Assembly (NCBI GenBank): GCA_963777955.1
Contig: CAVZSQ010000019.1
Coordinates: 64,001 to 128,000 of the forward strand
Length of the DNA: 64,000 bases
Direction: 5' to 3'
Source of the DNA: Calditrichia bacterium
GTDB taxonomy: Bacteria > Calditrichota > Calditrichia > JAJRVZ01
Shown here: in pieces, positions 51,855 to 62,944 of the stretch
Layout of the letters: each line of letters begins with the position of its first letter
How positions within the stretch are numbered: position 1 is the stretch's first letter
Position numbers and translations under genes: made by a program
The notes under the pieces: generated by a model
What the model saw: the letters and a program-made list of their open reading frames with translations, nothing else
Database searches by the model: none
Told to the model about the DNA's origin: nothing

Positions 51855-53396
51855 TCAGAATGGGTGCTTTCCGATGAAGCGCGCAGTTTGGGAATAGGTT
51901 TCCTTTAAAATTCCATACATCTGCCGGTATAACGAATAAGCGTCGCGGTAAATCGCGACATTTTTCTTGACCGGTAGGGTACGGCTTTCAATCTGTATAG
52001 TACTGGAGCACGCTGCAGCAACGTTTTTATAACATCGTGTCCCCACAGCGGCTAACAGGGCAGCTCCAAAGGGAGCACCTTCGGTTACCGACAGGGTCAG
52101 CAATTCCCGGTTAAAAATATCGGCAATGATCTGCCGCCACAGTACGCTGCGGGCACCTCCGCCGATAGTGCGTATCTCTCTGACCGGTGTACCGAGATCC
52201 TTGATCAACTGCAGGCAGTCCATCAAACTGAAGGCCACACCTTCCAGTACCGCCCGGGCAAAATGATCTTTGCCATGCCGTACAGTTATGCCATAAAAAA
52301 TACCACGGGCATTCGGATCAGGGTAGGGAGTACGTTCGCCGGTTAAATATGGTAAAAATATCAACCCTTCGGCCCCGGCAGGAACACCTGCCGCGCCCTC
52401 GGTAATGATCTCATATACATCCCTGTTTTCCCGGGCAGCCTGTTCTTTCTCCACACCGGCAAATGTATCGCGGTACCAGCGAAAAGAACCACCGGCGGAA
52501 AGTGTTACGCCCATTAAATGCCAGTTCCCGGGCACCGCATGACAAAAAGCGTGCAATCGTCCCTGTGGTTCAATGGTTAAACGATTGGTATGGGCAAATA
52601 CTACTCCTGAAGTTCCCAGGCAGACCGAAATTACACCGGCCTGAACCGTCCCGCTGCCCACGGCTCCGGCAGCCTGGTCGCCTGCTCCGGCTACGACAGG
52701 TGTACCGGCAACCAGTCCGGTATCCGCAGCCGATGCCGGCGTCACCTGGCCGATAATTTCCGCCGATTCGGTTACTTCCGGCAACCACTCCAGCGGAATT
52801 CCCAGCGCTGTGGTGATCTTTTCGGACCAGCGGCGCTGACCAACATCCAGCAACGAGGTACCTGCAGCATCCGAGACATCACTATTCAGGACTCCGGTTA
52901 AACGGTACTTGATATAATCCTTGGGCAACAGAATATGTTTGATCTGCTTGAATATTTTTGGTTCATTATCATGCACCCATTGAATTTTGGGCGCAGTAAA
53001 ACCTGGCAATACCGGATTGCCGGTTATGGACATCAGTTTTTTAAAACCAATTTTCCTGGTAATCGCGGCACATTGAGCCGAGGTGCGCTGATCATTCCAC
53101 ATGATGCAGGGACGCAGCACATTGCCCTCTTTGTCCAGGATCACCAATCCATGCATCTGGCCGGTCAGACCAATCCCTTTTATATCACCGGCCGGTACAG
53201 CACTTTTCGAAACAACGGCACGAAAAGCTTCGCAGGAAGCCCGCCACCAGTCCTGGGGATTCTGTTCGGTCCACAGGGGTTTGGGGGTAAACATCGGATA
53301 TTCGGAAGTATGTGTGGACAGTATTTTTCCCTGTTCATTAATCAGGATTGCTTTACTGCCGGTTGTACCGACATCCAGACCGATAAAGTACTGCAT
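51855..53396 (-). CDS. xylB: Xylulokinase (FGGY family)
   Basis: GLDVGTTGSK, GLTGQMHG, WNDQR, LLPKDY, GDQAAGAVG, LGTSGV, FLPYLTGERTP. Confidence 0.93.
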   Translation of the reverse strand: MQYFIGLDVGTTGSKAILINEQGKILSTHTSEYPMFTPKPLWTEQNPQDWWRASCEAFRAVVSKSAVPAGDIKGIGLTGQMHGLVILDKEGNVLRPCIMWNDQRTSAQCAAITRKIGFKKLMSITGNPVLPGFTAPKIQWVHDNEPKIFKQIKHILLPKDYIKYRLTGVLNSDVSDAAGTSLLDVGQRRWSEKITTALGIPLEWLPEVTESAEIIGQVTPASAADTGLVAGTPVVAGAGDQAAGAVGSGTVQAGVISVCLGTSGVVFAHTNRLTIEPQGRLHAFCHAVPGNWHLMGVTLSAGGSFRWYRDTFAGVEKEQAARENRDVYEIITEGAAGVPAGAEGLIFLPYLTGERTPYPDPNARGIFYGITVRHGKDHFARAVLEGVAFSLMDCLQLIKDLGTPVREIRTIGGGARSVLWRQIIADIFNRELLTLSVTEGAPFGAALLAAVGTRCYKNVAAACSSTIQIESRTLPVKKNVAIYRDAYSLYRQMYGILKETYSQTARFIGKHPF

Positions 53397-53492
53397 AATA
53401 GCTCCGTCACCTTTTGTTAGTACATATCTGAATAAACAGTATTTAGCTCAATAATTGTCCGGTGGGTAAAAATATAAAAGCCATCAATACGA

Positions 53493-53506
53493 TGCAATCG
53501 ATTTGT
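53493..53506. promoter_or_regulatory. Candidate LacI-family operator upstream of xylB
   Basis: TGCAATCGATTTGT matches TGnAAnCGnTTnCA except the last two bases, ~100 bp upstream of the xylB start. Confidence 0.4.
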
Positions 53507-53518
53507 AATGATTGGAAA

Positions 53519-55095
53519 TTATATCATGAAAATGGAATCACAGAAGTTCTTTGATATTTCAGCAAATTGAGTCCGCAGCAGTTTAAGCGCACCCGGCAGA
53601 GCGGCCATAATATCACCGGCCACTAATCCATCTTCACCTGCCGAGCCAGCCGCCAGATCACCGGCCAGTCCGTGTGCAAAAACACCCATACGCAGCGCAT
53701 TTTCTGCTGAGAATCCCAATCCATACATGGCGGCAATAACGCCGGTCAGCACATCCCCGCTTCCGGCTGTAGCCATCCCGGCATTCCCGCTCAGATTGAT
53801 ATATACCCTGCCATCCGGAAAACCGATCAGGGAATGGGCTCCTTTCAAAACGATGACCGATTTCAATTCCCGTCCAGTTTTTTGAAGAATCTCTATCCGT
53901 TTGCTTTGCAGATCTTCCGGGTTTGTTTTGGCTAGACGGCACATTTCACCCGGGTGCGGGGTCAGAATTGTCGGAGCCTTTCTTCCTTTCAACACGGACA
54001 GATCTTCGGCCACTGCCGTAAGGCCGTCTCCGTCAATTACAATAGGCTTGCGGATAGCCGGCACTAAATCACGCACCAGTCGTTGTGTTTCCGGGTGTAA
54101 AGACAATCCCGGTCCGATTACCACCAGGTCGACTTGCCTGGAGTAGTCCAGCAGGAACTTTTTATTGTCCAGTGCAATACTCCCCTCAGCAGTCCCCTTT
54201 TGCGGCAGAAAAACAATTTCTCTGCCCTTTTTACCGATAGCCGGAATCACTTTTTCAGGAGTCGCCAGGAAAGAGAGACCACCGCCGCTTTTCAAAAAGG
54301 ACTGAGCGGCGAAGTATGGTGCGCCAAGATAACTTGCCGATCCGGCAATGAATAGTACTTTACCGCAGGCCCCTTTATGGGTGTCGCCTTTACGCGGCGG
54401 CAGTGCAAGCGGATTATTGGTTTCTACCCTTATGTCCTGACGGTTATACAATTCCGGCGGGAATGAAATATGGCTGCAATACAATTTCCCGCCATGGGCA
54501 TAACCGGGATACAGCAAATTCCCGGTCTTGGGCAGGCCGAAAGTTACGGTCATATTTGCCTGTACCGCAGCACCCAGTACCTGCCCGCTATCACCGTCGA
54601 TTCCGGAAGGGATATCCAGGCTAAGCACTGCTTTGCCGCTGGCATTGATTTTGTCAATAACTGTTTTGTAAACACCATCTATCCGGCGGGCCAGACCGGT
54701 ACCAAACAGGGCATCGACAACAATATCAGACTTGTCTGATCAAATTAGCTACGGTTTTTATCTTGTCATATTGGTAAATAGTAATTGGTAATTGTTGGAT
54801 GATATTATAATTTATTTTTGCCGGACCAGTAAATTTAGCAGGATCACCGAGGATTACAATCTGAACATCAAATTGCCGGGAATGTAATTTACGGGCCAGC
54901 ACCAGACCATCACCGCCATTATTGCCCGCACCGCAGCAGATCAGAATTTTTTTATTTTGCAGAGTCAAATTCCTGTCGCATAGCGAAAAAGGCAGCATCA
55001 CCGGCATTTTCCATCAGCAGTTCTGCCGTAATTCCATACTTGTTGCAAGCCTGTTGATCCATTTCCCGCATCTGCTGGACGTTGCTTATCTTCAT
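53519..55095 (-). CDS. nnr: Bifunctional NAD(P)HX epimerase/dehydratase; two or more frameshifts
   Basis: ATG 55095 gives [13 protein letters not shown]...LLMENAG. Further motifs '[10 protein letters not shown]', 'DALFGTG', 'SLDIPSG', 'HKG', 'IGPGL', 'LTPHPGEM', '[10 protein letters not shown]'. Confidence 0.92.
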
Positions 55096-55117
55096 GATAT
55101 CATCCCTAATGTTAAAT

Positions 55118-55711
55118 TTACTGTACGGTAAATCCGGCCGGAACTTTAAATTTATCCGGGGAGATTGTTACGTTCTCCTCAACCTTGACGGCGCGTTGAA
55201 TTGACTGTACACTGCTCGATTTCGTATCCTGGTATAATAAAATCTTATTCCAACCGCCGTACTTGGTTATGGTTCCCTCTCCGTCATTGTATTCAAACAC
55301 CTCGCAATTCTTACCGGCTACGGTCAGCGCTGCTAATTTTTTATATTTACCCGCTTGGCGGTCTGCTTCCGTACCAAACTCGGTCCACTCCACCCGCAAC
55401 TCGGTTCCGCGGGAGGCGGTTCCCTGTTTGAATGCTTTTTTTTGTTTATGCTTCAGCAGATATAAATCCTTGCCGTCACTCAGATAACTTTCCTCCAACT
55501 TCACTCCGGAATATGTATCTTTGCACTCTTTCATGCCGTATTCATCAAAATAAACAATGGTCTTTTGCTTGATCTCCATATCTCCCATTTTCATGATCAA
55601 ATCAAACGTAATGATACCGGTTTTAATATCATATTTTTTCACAGGAGTCTGGGCGGTAAATAAGAATGCCAATACGATGACAGCAAACAATACCGAACAT
55701 ATTCTTTTCAT
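55118..55711 (-). CDS. Exported hypothetical protein (DUF4412-like)
   Basis: Signal peptide, 'YFDEYGMKE', 'TVAGKNCEVF', C-terminal 'KFKVPAG'. Confidence 0.7.
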   Translation of the reverse strand: MKRICSVLFAVIVLAFLFTAQTPVKKYDIKTGIITFDLIMKMGDMEIKQKTIVYFDEYGMKECKDTYSGVKLEESYLSDGKDLYLLKHKQKKAFKQGTASRGTELRVEWTEFGTEADRQAGKYKKLAALTVAGKNCEVFEYNDGEGTITKYGGWNKILLYQDTKSSSVQSIQRAVKVEENVTISPDKFKVPAGFTVQ

Positions 55712-55834
55712 TTTTGTCTTCCTCCTAATTTAAGCTGACTTAAATGATATTTTATTTACAGATAAATGATCCAGGTTATGTGCAAGTACAGACTTATTTG
55801 ATTGCCCTCAGATCTCATCACGAATATAATAAAT

Positions 55835-56248
55835 CTACAAGATGTATGGTATTTGAAAAACACAGAAATAGGCGAAGACTAAAAACGCAATTATCAGTCC
55901 GACTGCAAAGATCCAGTGTGGTTTTAGAATCTGTCGCGCTTCTTCGTTGAATAATTTCGGCATGACCACATAAAGCCTGATCATCCCCTCGCCGGTGCAA
56001 ACTGTATAACGCGCCCCGCTCATACCGATCCAGTATTTTAGGAATATGCCGATGAATACGGCCCAGATGATGGGGTTGCCCAGAATAGCACCGGTACGGG
56101 TGGCCAGGATCACTTCGCCTGAACCGATATATTCGGCACACCAGATAAAAGCAGGACCGACTAACGCAAGAATAGCCAGGCCTTTGGGCGGATATGCTAC
56201 ATCCAAATATTTACTCTTATGCCTGGTAATAAATATTCTCCCGATCAA
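55835..56248 (-). pseudogene. Nramp/MntH-like transporter remnant with large in-frame internal deletion
   Basis: The N-terminal motif 'GPAFIW.AEYIGSGE.ILATR.GA..G...WA.......KY......RYT..TGEG' is fused directly to a single C-terminal TM. It is only 137 aa, whereas the family exceeds 400 aa. Confidence 0.75.
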
Positions 56249-58447
56249 TTACATTGAATTAACGCATCAATTAAGAAGAAAGCCATATCTTTTCCTCCTC
56301 TTAACTGAAGATTCTCTATAAGCAAACGTCCGTTTTTAATCTCGATTTCTTTCGAATCAGTCCATTCACCTGTCCAGGTATCGAATCGCTGCAGCAGATA
56401 TATCCCATCGGCGACAGCAGTGATCAACAGTTTTGCCTTATCCAGTGATTTTGTACTTTTATTACACATCCAGATATAAAACATTTTCCCGCCTGATTGG
56501 AGCCCAAGTGCTTCCACTCCGGGATTGTTACTTGAAACAGTCATTTCCTCCAGGGTATTCGCATTATATTTATCCATTAAGGCAATAAAATCGGCCAGTG
56601 GATTTAAAATGATAAAAATGCCTTTGTTCGAAATGCCACTGCCACCACCAGGTCATGGGCAGAATCGGCGTCGGCGAAAAAAATCCGCGCCACATGCCCA
56701 GGTGAAACTCGCCTTCATATAATTCAGCCGGATGGTCCTTGCCCGGACCCTTCCAACCTAAGGCAAACTCACCGACTACATCCGGTTTTTTGAACCTGCC
56801 GGTATATTCCAGGATACTTTGCTGCATATTATCAGTAGGACCGTAATTGTGATGCTGGGTGATATCCAGGTTCTTTATATCCCATAATCCCGGTATTTCC
56901 TGCCAGACCACACTGGTCGAGACGAGATGCTTATACGGATCGATCCGTTTCAGATAGTCGGCCATTTCCTGGTGCCAGCTGACTATATCCTGTTCCGGTA
57001 CCCCCTGCCCGGTTATAACGTTGTCGATTTCGTTCCAGAATTCCCATACCGCCAGGTTAGTGGAATATCCCCATCTGGCCACCATATACCTGAGCCGGTT
57101 TTTATACATCCTTCTGGCTTCGGGATTGGTAAAAAAATCGTGCGGAGTTTCACACGGTCCGCCATTAACCAAATTATAAGGATTCCTGCGCCAATTATCG
57201 TTAGAGCCCCAGCCGTCCAATGTTGGTTTGAAGACACCATGATAATCGAGTGTCAGCATCATATATACTTTTTTTTCCTGGCACAGCATTAACAGGGAAT
57301 CCAGTTGATCTGCCGTTTTTTGGTAGTATCTGCCCAGACCCGGAGCATCGAGTACATCCATCGGGCGATCATAACCGATCAAAATACCGGCCAGATGTGC
57401 TGCAACCGGTTGTGACCAGTTGAATTCAATTTTGATAAAATTGGTCCCGGCCGGCAATTCGCCTAAAGATGCAACGAAGATACGATGCCAGTCTTCATAG
57501 GTCTCCCAGGTCTGACTGAATTCCATATTGGTTACTAGACTATATTCTTGATTATCCTCCGAGTAATAACATTTAATATCATTTTCAGCAATTGAAGTCC
57601 GATAATACAGTTTCAGTTTAAAATTTTTAATTTCCTTTACGTTATAGATAATCGATTCAGCCGAGTTGGATGGAATAATAATCCTGTCCAGGTCGTCTTC
57701 GCTAAATTCTGTTTTACCCGAAGACAGAGTCAATCCCTCAGAATGTGAAAATGTTTTATCCCAATTCTGATAATCATCCATAAACTGGTGATAGGTCACG
57801 ACTTTTGTCCATTCCAGAGGAAGATTCCACGGACACATCCAGACCCTGAAAAAGTTCCCTCCGTTTGCCGCCAGTTCATCAAGAAAGGTTTTATAGGAAT
57901 AAAATTTTTCGTCACCCCACCTGGGTTCATATTCCCAGCAAAGGTTTAATCCCAGACCGCGGAAAGGTTTGCCCGAATCGAATAAAAAGGTGTAATTAGA
58001 GTTGGGATTCAGTCTTAAAAATCCATTGCGCTTTGACTCCGTCACATCCAACTGGTATGTCTTTGATTTTACTGTGTCCGACTCATCATCATGCTTGCTT
58101 ATCGTTTGAATATAATATAGATGTTGACCCGACTGCAGCGGAGTGTACCTGGCTTCCCAATGTGAATTTCCAAGCAGATCATCTTTATAATAAATAGGGA
58201 GTACCAAATTTTTATTATCCGGTTGCGTGATTATTGCATCCACCTGAATTTCTTGAGCGTTATAAGGATTAGTAAAAGGACTCTCCAGTTGTATGTCTAT
58301 AAAAAGTGTAGCAAACTTTTCTATGGTCTGAGCAGATGCGACAACTGATATGGCAGGTTTGAATATCTTACAAGCAGGTGTTACAAATATTAATACAGTT
58401 AATATTATTCTTAGAAATTTTGTGAGAATCTTATTCCATCTGGACAT
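56245..58447 (-). CDS. DUF5060-domain clan GH-A glycoside hydrolase (GH5-like) lipoprotein; frameshift at ~56600
   Basis: 'FTNPYN...WEARYTP' (DUF5060-like), 'LRYMVARWGYS...WEFWNEID' acid/base, 'VVGEF' nucleophile. The C-terminal beta domain is in ORF 56245-56577. Confidence 0.8.
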
Positions 58448-58482
58448 AACAATTTCCTTGTAAATTGATAGCACAGGCATGG

Positions 58483-58689
58483 TCAGTGTACGATAAATTT
58501 TTGAAATATGATTTCGCCTTTGCTGGCAGCAATTTCGCTTCCCGCTTCAATGCTGGAAAGAAACCATTCTGGTTGCAGTGCCCCCTCACTGAGGGTATAA
58601 TCAAAATAATCTTTAAGGTTCAACTCACCTTGTTGTGGCATTTTGTCAGGCAAAAACGCGATGAAAATCCATTTGTTTAGTGCTATCAT
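58483..58689 (-). pseudogene. C-terminal fragment of a GH12-like glycoside hydrolase
   Basis: 'LNLKDYFDY...G....WFLSSIEAGSEI...G......F.V' resembles the GH12 C-terminal strands carrying the acid/base Glu. No N-terminal part lies upstream. Confidence 0.6.
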
Positions 58690-58720
58690 TTTATACTTTT
58701 TGAGAATCTATCCGCTAAAT

Positions 58721-58790
58721 CAATCATACTATAGTTATGTGATTTTAACCAGATTAATTTTTTGCTGTAAAAAAAACTTTCTTATGACTT
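58721..58790. repeat. Degenerate direct repeat, copy 1 (promoter-like on the minus strand)
   Basis: Core TGATTTTAACCAGATTAATTT (58740-58760) matches 60000-60020 at 20 of 21 positions; offset 1260 bp. Confidence 0.7.
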
Positions 58791-58973
58791 AAGACCAATA
58801 TGAGTTACCTAAATCTCAGGTCCGAACCGGAGTTATAATCATGATAAATCCGGTGAACAATGCACAGTACGTAAAAATATTCAACAAGTCAGAAATTTAT
58901 ACACGATTTTTAAATATATATGGATAGATCAACTATCTGGTTCATACTCACTTAAGCGTAGCGTCATAATAAC

Positions 58974-59785
58974 TTACTGATACTTTTGAAATCTTAATGA
59001 ACTCAATATCAGAGACTGCTTCCCCTTTTTATTGAAATTATCATTGAAGGTTGCAAAAAGCCGTGGGATAGCAATAATTCCCTGTAATTCTGAAGCGATA
59101 ACGAACAATAATCCCCCTGCTGCTATCCTACCTCCCATTTTTGTTGGTAGTATTAGTGTATCCTGAACCTGAATGCCTTCAGGACAATAGTTTAAATACA
59201 GATCTCCAATATAATTTGCTGCATTTTCTTTTATGGTAAGTTTTAATTTTGGAAGATCTACGACATAATCACTGTTTCCGTCCTTATCGATAAAAGTAAC
59301 TGCCTTTACTTGATATGTTCCAGGCGGGACACAAAATCCGAATTGTTCATCAGCTTTTAACAGGATTCTAGATGGCTTAACTTCGGGTTGGTTTTCTGGT
59401 TCTAATATCATTTGAATATTCAGAACTCTATAGAATTTTTTAGGAATTTTGCCATAAATGAGTTGCTTGTTTGAATCAATCACAGACTACAAGTTCTTTA
59501 AAAGGATAATATTTTTCTTCAGGATCAAAGAAGGCGCCTTCTGCTCTGGGATCGAAGGTAACACCATTTTCATCTTGTGCCTTGATTTTGCCATAGAAAA
59601 CATGCGGTGCTTTTTCGCTTCCTGTAATAATTGCCGGCGCTCCCCGATTCCATTGTGGATAAAAATAGTAATAACCTTCCACACTGCTATTACAGTCTGG
59701 TTCCTTGGCCAGAGTATGCAGGCTTGTACAGACTGCAGATCCAAGAAATGATTAAGAAAATAAACAATAAGGGTAAGTATCTCAT
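58974..59785 (-). CDS. AT-rich hypothetical lipoprotein; about two frameshifts
   Basis: GGGAGG RBS and ATG at 59785 (MRYLPLLFIFLIISWIC...). Joins ORFs 59476-59682 and 58974-59483. Confidence 0.6.
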
Positions 59786-59980
59786 AATTTATCCTCCCAT
59801 ATCTATTTTATAAGTGATACATGACCAGGTACCTGCCCTGACTTACACAATCTGCGGCTGAGACCAATCGATATCATATGATGCCCATTAATATTACGGT
59901 GTTCCGTACTATTTAATGATTGTATATATTACCAGCTAGGGATTATTATTTTACACTTTATGAGATACTAACTGCCTCAT

Positions 59981-60050
59981 CCAATATACCAGTATTATTT
60001 GATTTTAATCAGATTAATTTATTCGCGCCATAAAAAACATGCTCTGACCT
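59981..60050. repeat. Degenerate direct repeat, copy 2
   Basis: TGATTTTAATCAGATTAATTT with similar flanks (caat.atac... and ...aaaaaac...tgac.t). Confidence 0.7.
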
Positions 60051-60140
60051 GGCAACAGCAATTCCGGTCATAGGTTTTGTGAGTTACAGTCAACCGATTA
60101 AGTCTTTTAGTTAGTTTAGGCACCTATTGCTGATCCTGGT

Positions 60141-61031
60141 TCAATCCGAGTAAGGTAGATTGATATACAATTTACCCAGATCATTCAGATCTCCCGGACC
60201 GGCATTAAACAAATTGGTGTACCTATCCTCCGCCCCGCGTCCGATAAACCAGGCGTAGCGGAAAACATCGTCCCGGCTTTCACAGATAGAAACCATTTGC
60301 TGCATCTGCTGTGCCTGCTTTTCATAAGAATTGATCTGGGCATTCCAATTGGCCATCTCGGTGATCCAGATTTGCTTGCCGTATTTTTGCAGCCGGTCCA
60401 GTTGCGACTCCAGCCCATAGTCATACCAATGAAAAGCAAGGTAATCTATCCGGGGATCTCTTCCGCCATTGGCAGTGCGGTAGGCCTCATAAAATGCGTC
60501 AAGCCAGACTACCGGATCCGAATAGTTCGCCATGGTACCCCAGGTCATCGCCGGTCCGACCAGACTAACCGTTCGCTTTTGTGCAGCCAGATCGTTTATT
60601 ACCGTCTCGTATTTGATCCAATCCGCGGCAGCCTGGACCGGGGTGCGGTCAGCCTGATCGGTCAGATTGGGTTCATTCAGCACCAGCAGGTATTCAATTT
60701 CGGGATGGGCCAGGATAAAATTTTTCACTTTGATCATATCAGTTTCGCTGGTATTGCCGCCCCATAACATGGGAATAAATTCCATCTGATACCTGCTATA
60801 ATAGTCTGCTGCAGCACTGGTTTCAAAATACCAGTTGTACCACCAGCTGACTCCGGTTTTAAGCGAATCCAGATCGGCCGGCAGGGTCAGGTTGTAAGCC
60901 AGACCCCTTTTGAAACTTTTTTCAATCCGGTCGGGGGGATAATCATTTTGATCCGGTTCTGAACCATTATTGCAGGAGTAAAACGAAAAATACAGAATTG
61001 AAATTGCTGATAAAATGTACTGATTAACCAT
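60141..61031 (-). CDS. GH128 (Glyco_hydro_cc) family lipoprotein, probable beta-1,3-glucanase
   Basis: 'KRGLAY', 'VSWWYNW', 'EFIPMLWG', 'LNEPN', 'AFHWY', 'IWITE', 'VFRYAWF'; lipobox FYSC. Confidence 0.9.
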   Translation of the reverse strand: MVNQYILSAISILYFSFYSCNNGSEPDQNDYPPDRIEKSFKRGLAYNLTLPADLDSLKTGVSWWYNWYFETSAAADYYSRYQMEFIPMLWGGNTSETDMIKVKNFILAHPEIEYLLVLNEPNLTDQADRTPVQAAADWIKYETVINDLAAQKRTVSLVGPAMTWGTMANYSDPVVWLDAFYEAYRTANGGRDPRIDYLAFHWYDYGLESQLDRLQKYGKQIWITEMANWNAQINSYEKQAQQMQQMVSICESRDDVFRYAWFIGRGAEDRYTNLFNAGPGDLNDLGKLYINLPYSD

Positions 61032-61083
61032 CTAGCCCTCAGCTATTTCCCATCTCCCAACCCTCTTGACACTTTTTTTCTAA

Positions 61084-62137
61084 TCAGAACATCCAATACA
61101 TTTGCGAGAGTTCATATGTTGGTACTATATATGTATTCTCAGATCCTATTAACTCCTGTTCTGAAAGATCATCCAGGCTTAGTTTGAAAATACCCATTCT
61201 AGGAGACGTATTCAAAGCATAGATTATAAAATTACCATCAAGTGTTATACACGGATGGTATATATTACTTACCCTGCTAAGCTTATAATTACTATAATGT
61301 AAGTCGGATAGATTGAGGATAGTAATATATGTGGACCATCGACTAAAGATAATCTTCTTACCATCCGGTGAGAATTCCGGGTTTTCTATAACGTAAGATT
61401 GAGAAAGTGAATCCTGGTTAATATCGAAGATGATTTTGGTTTCTGAACCGGTAAAATTTGTCAGATACAGACTTATGCGGGCGACCATAAGTTTGATATG
61501 CGACCTGCTGGTAATTTCTATCCATCGCATACTGGGCTACCATATCTATGCTATCAGGGGATATCCTGGTTAAATTTTCTCCTGATGGTGAAATTGAATA
61601 TAATATCCATTCAGATAAAAAAAATATTTTATCGGCCGAGGCATACTGTGGATCACTAATAGCCGCATCGTGAATAACACTCAGTCCGCTGCCATCTGAA
61701 TTGATCACAGCCAGCCCTTGTGGAAAAGGTGCCATGTCATTTAATTTGCCCAGGGCGATAGCGATTGACCGGCCATCCGGAGAAATTGAAGTCTTATTGA
61801 TATAATTGGTTTTACTCTTCCATACTGTATTAACCGAATTATCCAGAAAGTTGCAAATTTTAAGACTGGCAGAATCATAATTATTGAAGGAGTATAAAAA
61901 GTGCGTTCCACCCGGAAACCACTCCAGAGACCTACAATATCCCTTCTCCGAATATGGAATCATATCTATGGATTTATTTAGGCTCGACATACCAATCCTG
62001 AATACATCAGGCTCATCCTGGTTAAAAGTCCAATAGCAGAAAAGTTCCGTTTTCTGCGAGAAATCGGGTACTCCCGTCATATAGTCACAGTTCCAGAGTG
62101 TAAAAGTCAAAAGCAATAATGTGCATAAAACTTTCAT
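61084..62137 (-). CDS. TolB-like/PD40 beta-propeller lipoprotein; frameshift at ~61480
   Basis: 'WFPGG', 'ISPDGRSIA', 'INSDGSG', 'FSPDGKKIIFS' spread across ORFs 61418-62137 and 61084-61530. Confidence 0.75.
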
Positions 62138-62385
62138 ACAATCCCCATGCTAATTATTGCTATAGAATATATCATTATTATATACATAATTATACAGAAT
62201 ATCCTATGCAATAATACAAGATTTTGTGATTAAAAGGTAACCGTTTTATTTTTTATATTGACCTTGCGTCTTTGTGCGTCGGATCTATGACCTTTTCCCT
62301 TTACCCTTTTCTCTAAACATATTAACTTATAATGGTAATTTGATTTACAGCTAGTTGCGCCAAGAATCAATAAATTGGAGAAGAT

Positions 62386-62772
62386 ATGCCGGACAAGCTT
62401 ACAGCCTTTCGTAGTTATCGCGCAAAAATGAATAAGCGTATCGCCGGAATTGAGCACCTGGGCATCAAACGTTTTTTTAACCTGGATACGATGGCTTATA
62501 AAAAAGGTGCACTTGACTCCCGGACTAAAGAGTTGCTCGGACTGGTTGCTTCCTGCGTCCTGCGCTGCAATGATTGTATTGATTACCATCTGATTCAATG
62601 TGTCGAGGCCGGCTGGAAGGATGAAGAACTGTACGATGCGCTGAATGTGGCTTTGATTGTCAGCGGAAGTATTTTCATTCCGCATCTGCGCCATGCCGTG
62701 GAAACGATAGACGAGTTAAGAAAAAGAAAGAAAAAAATAATTACACGGAGTTCCACGGAGAGAAAAATTTAG
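62386..62772 (+). CDS. Carboxymuconolactone decarboxylase/AhpD family protein
   Basis: 'GALDSRTKELLGLVASCVLRCNDCIDYH' (AhpD CxxC-H). Confidence 0.92.
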   Translation: MPDKLTAFRSYRAKMNKRIAGIEHLGIKRFFNLDTMAYKKGALDSRTKELLGLVASCVLRCNDCIDYHLIQCVEAGWKDEELYDALNVALIVSGSIFIPHLRHAVETIDELRKRKKKIITRSSTERKI

Positions 62773-62783
62773 GGCTAAGTAAT

Positions 62784-62890
62784 TTGTACTTTGGAATATG
62801 GTTATTGGTAATTGGAATTTGGAATTTGTTTAATTGTAATTTGTAATTAGTAATTGGTAACTTGATTTTGGAATTTGGAACTTGGAATTT
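62784..62890. repeat. Degenerate heptamer tandem array (TTGGAAT/TTGTAAT/TTGGTAA), ~15 units
   Basis: ttgtact-ttggaat-atggtta-ttggtaa-ttggaat-ttggaat-...-tggaact-tggaatt. Almost free of C on the + strand. Confidence 0.85.
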
Positions 62891-62944
62891 TTAATATAAT
62901 CTAATGATGAGAATACAAAATATATATTATTCCTGGAGGTTTTT

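Noticed and set aside
59825..59915. Second cobalamin riboswitch on the minus strand (TAAGTCAGGGCAGGTACCTG resembles a B12 box)
   Set aside because: There is no GGGAA/T-loop P4 or P5 core upstream.
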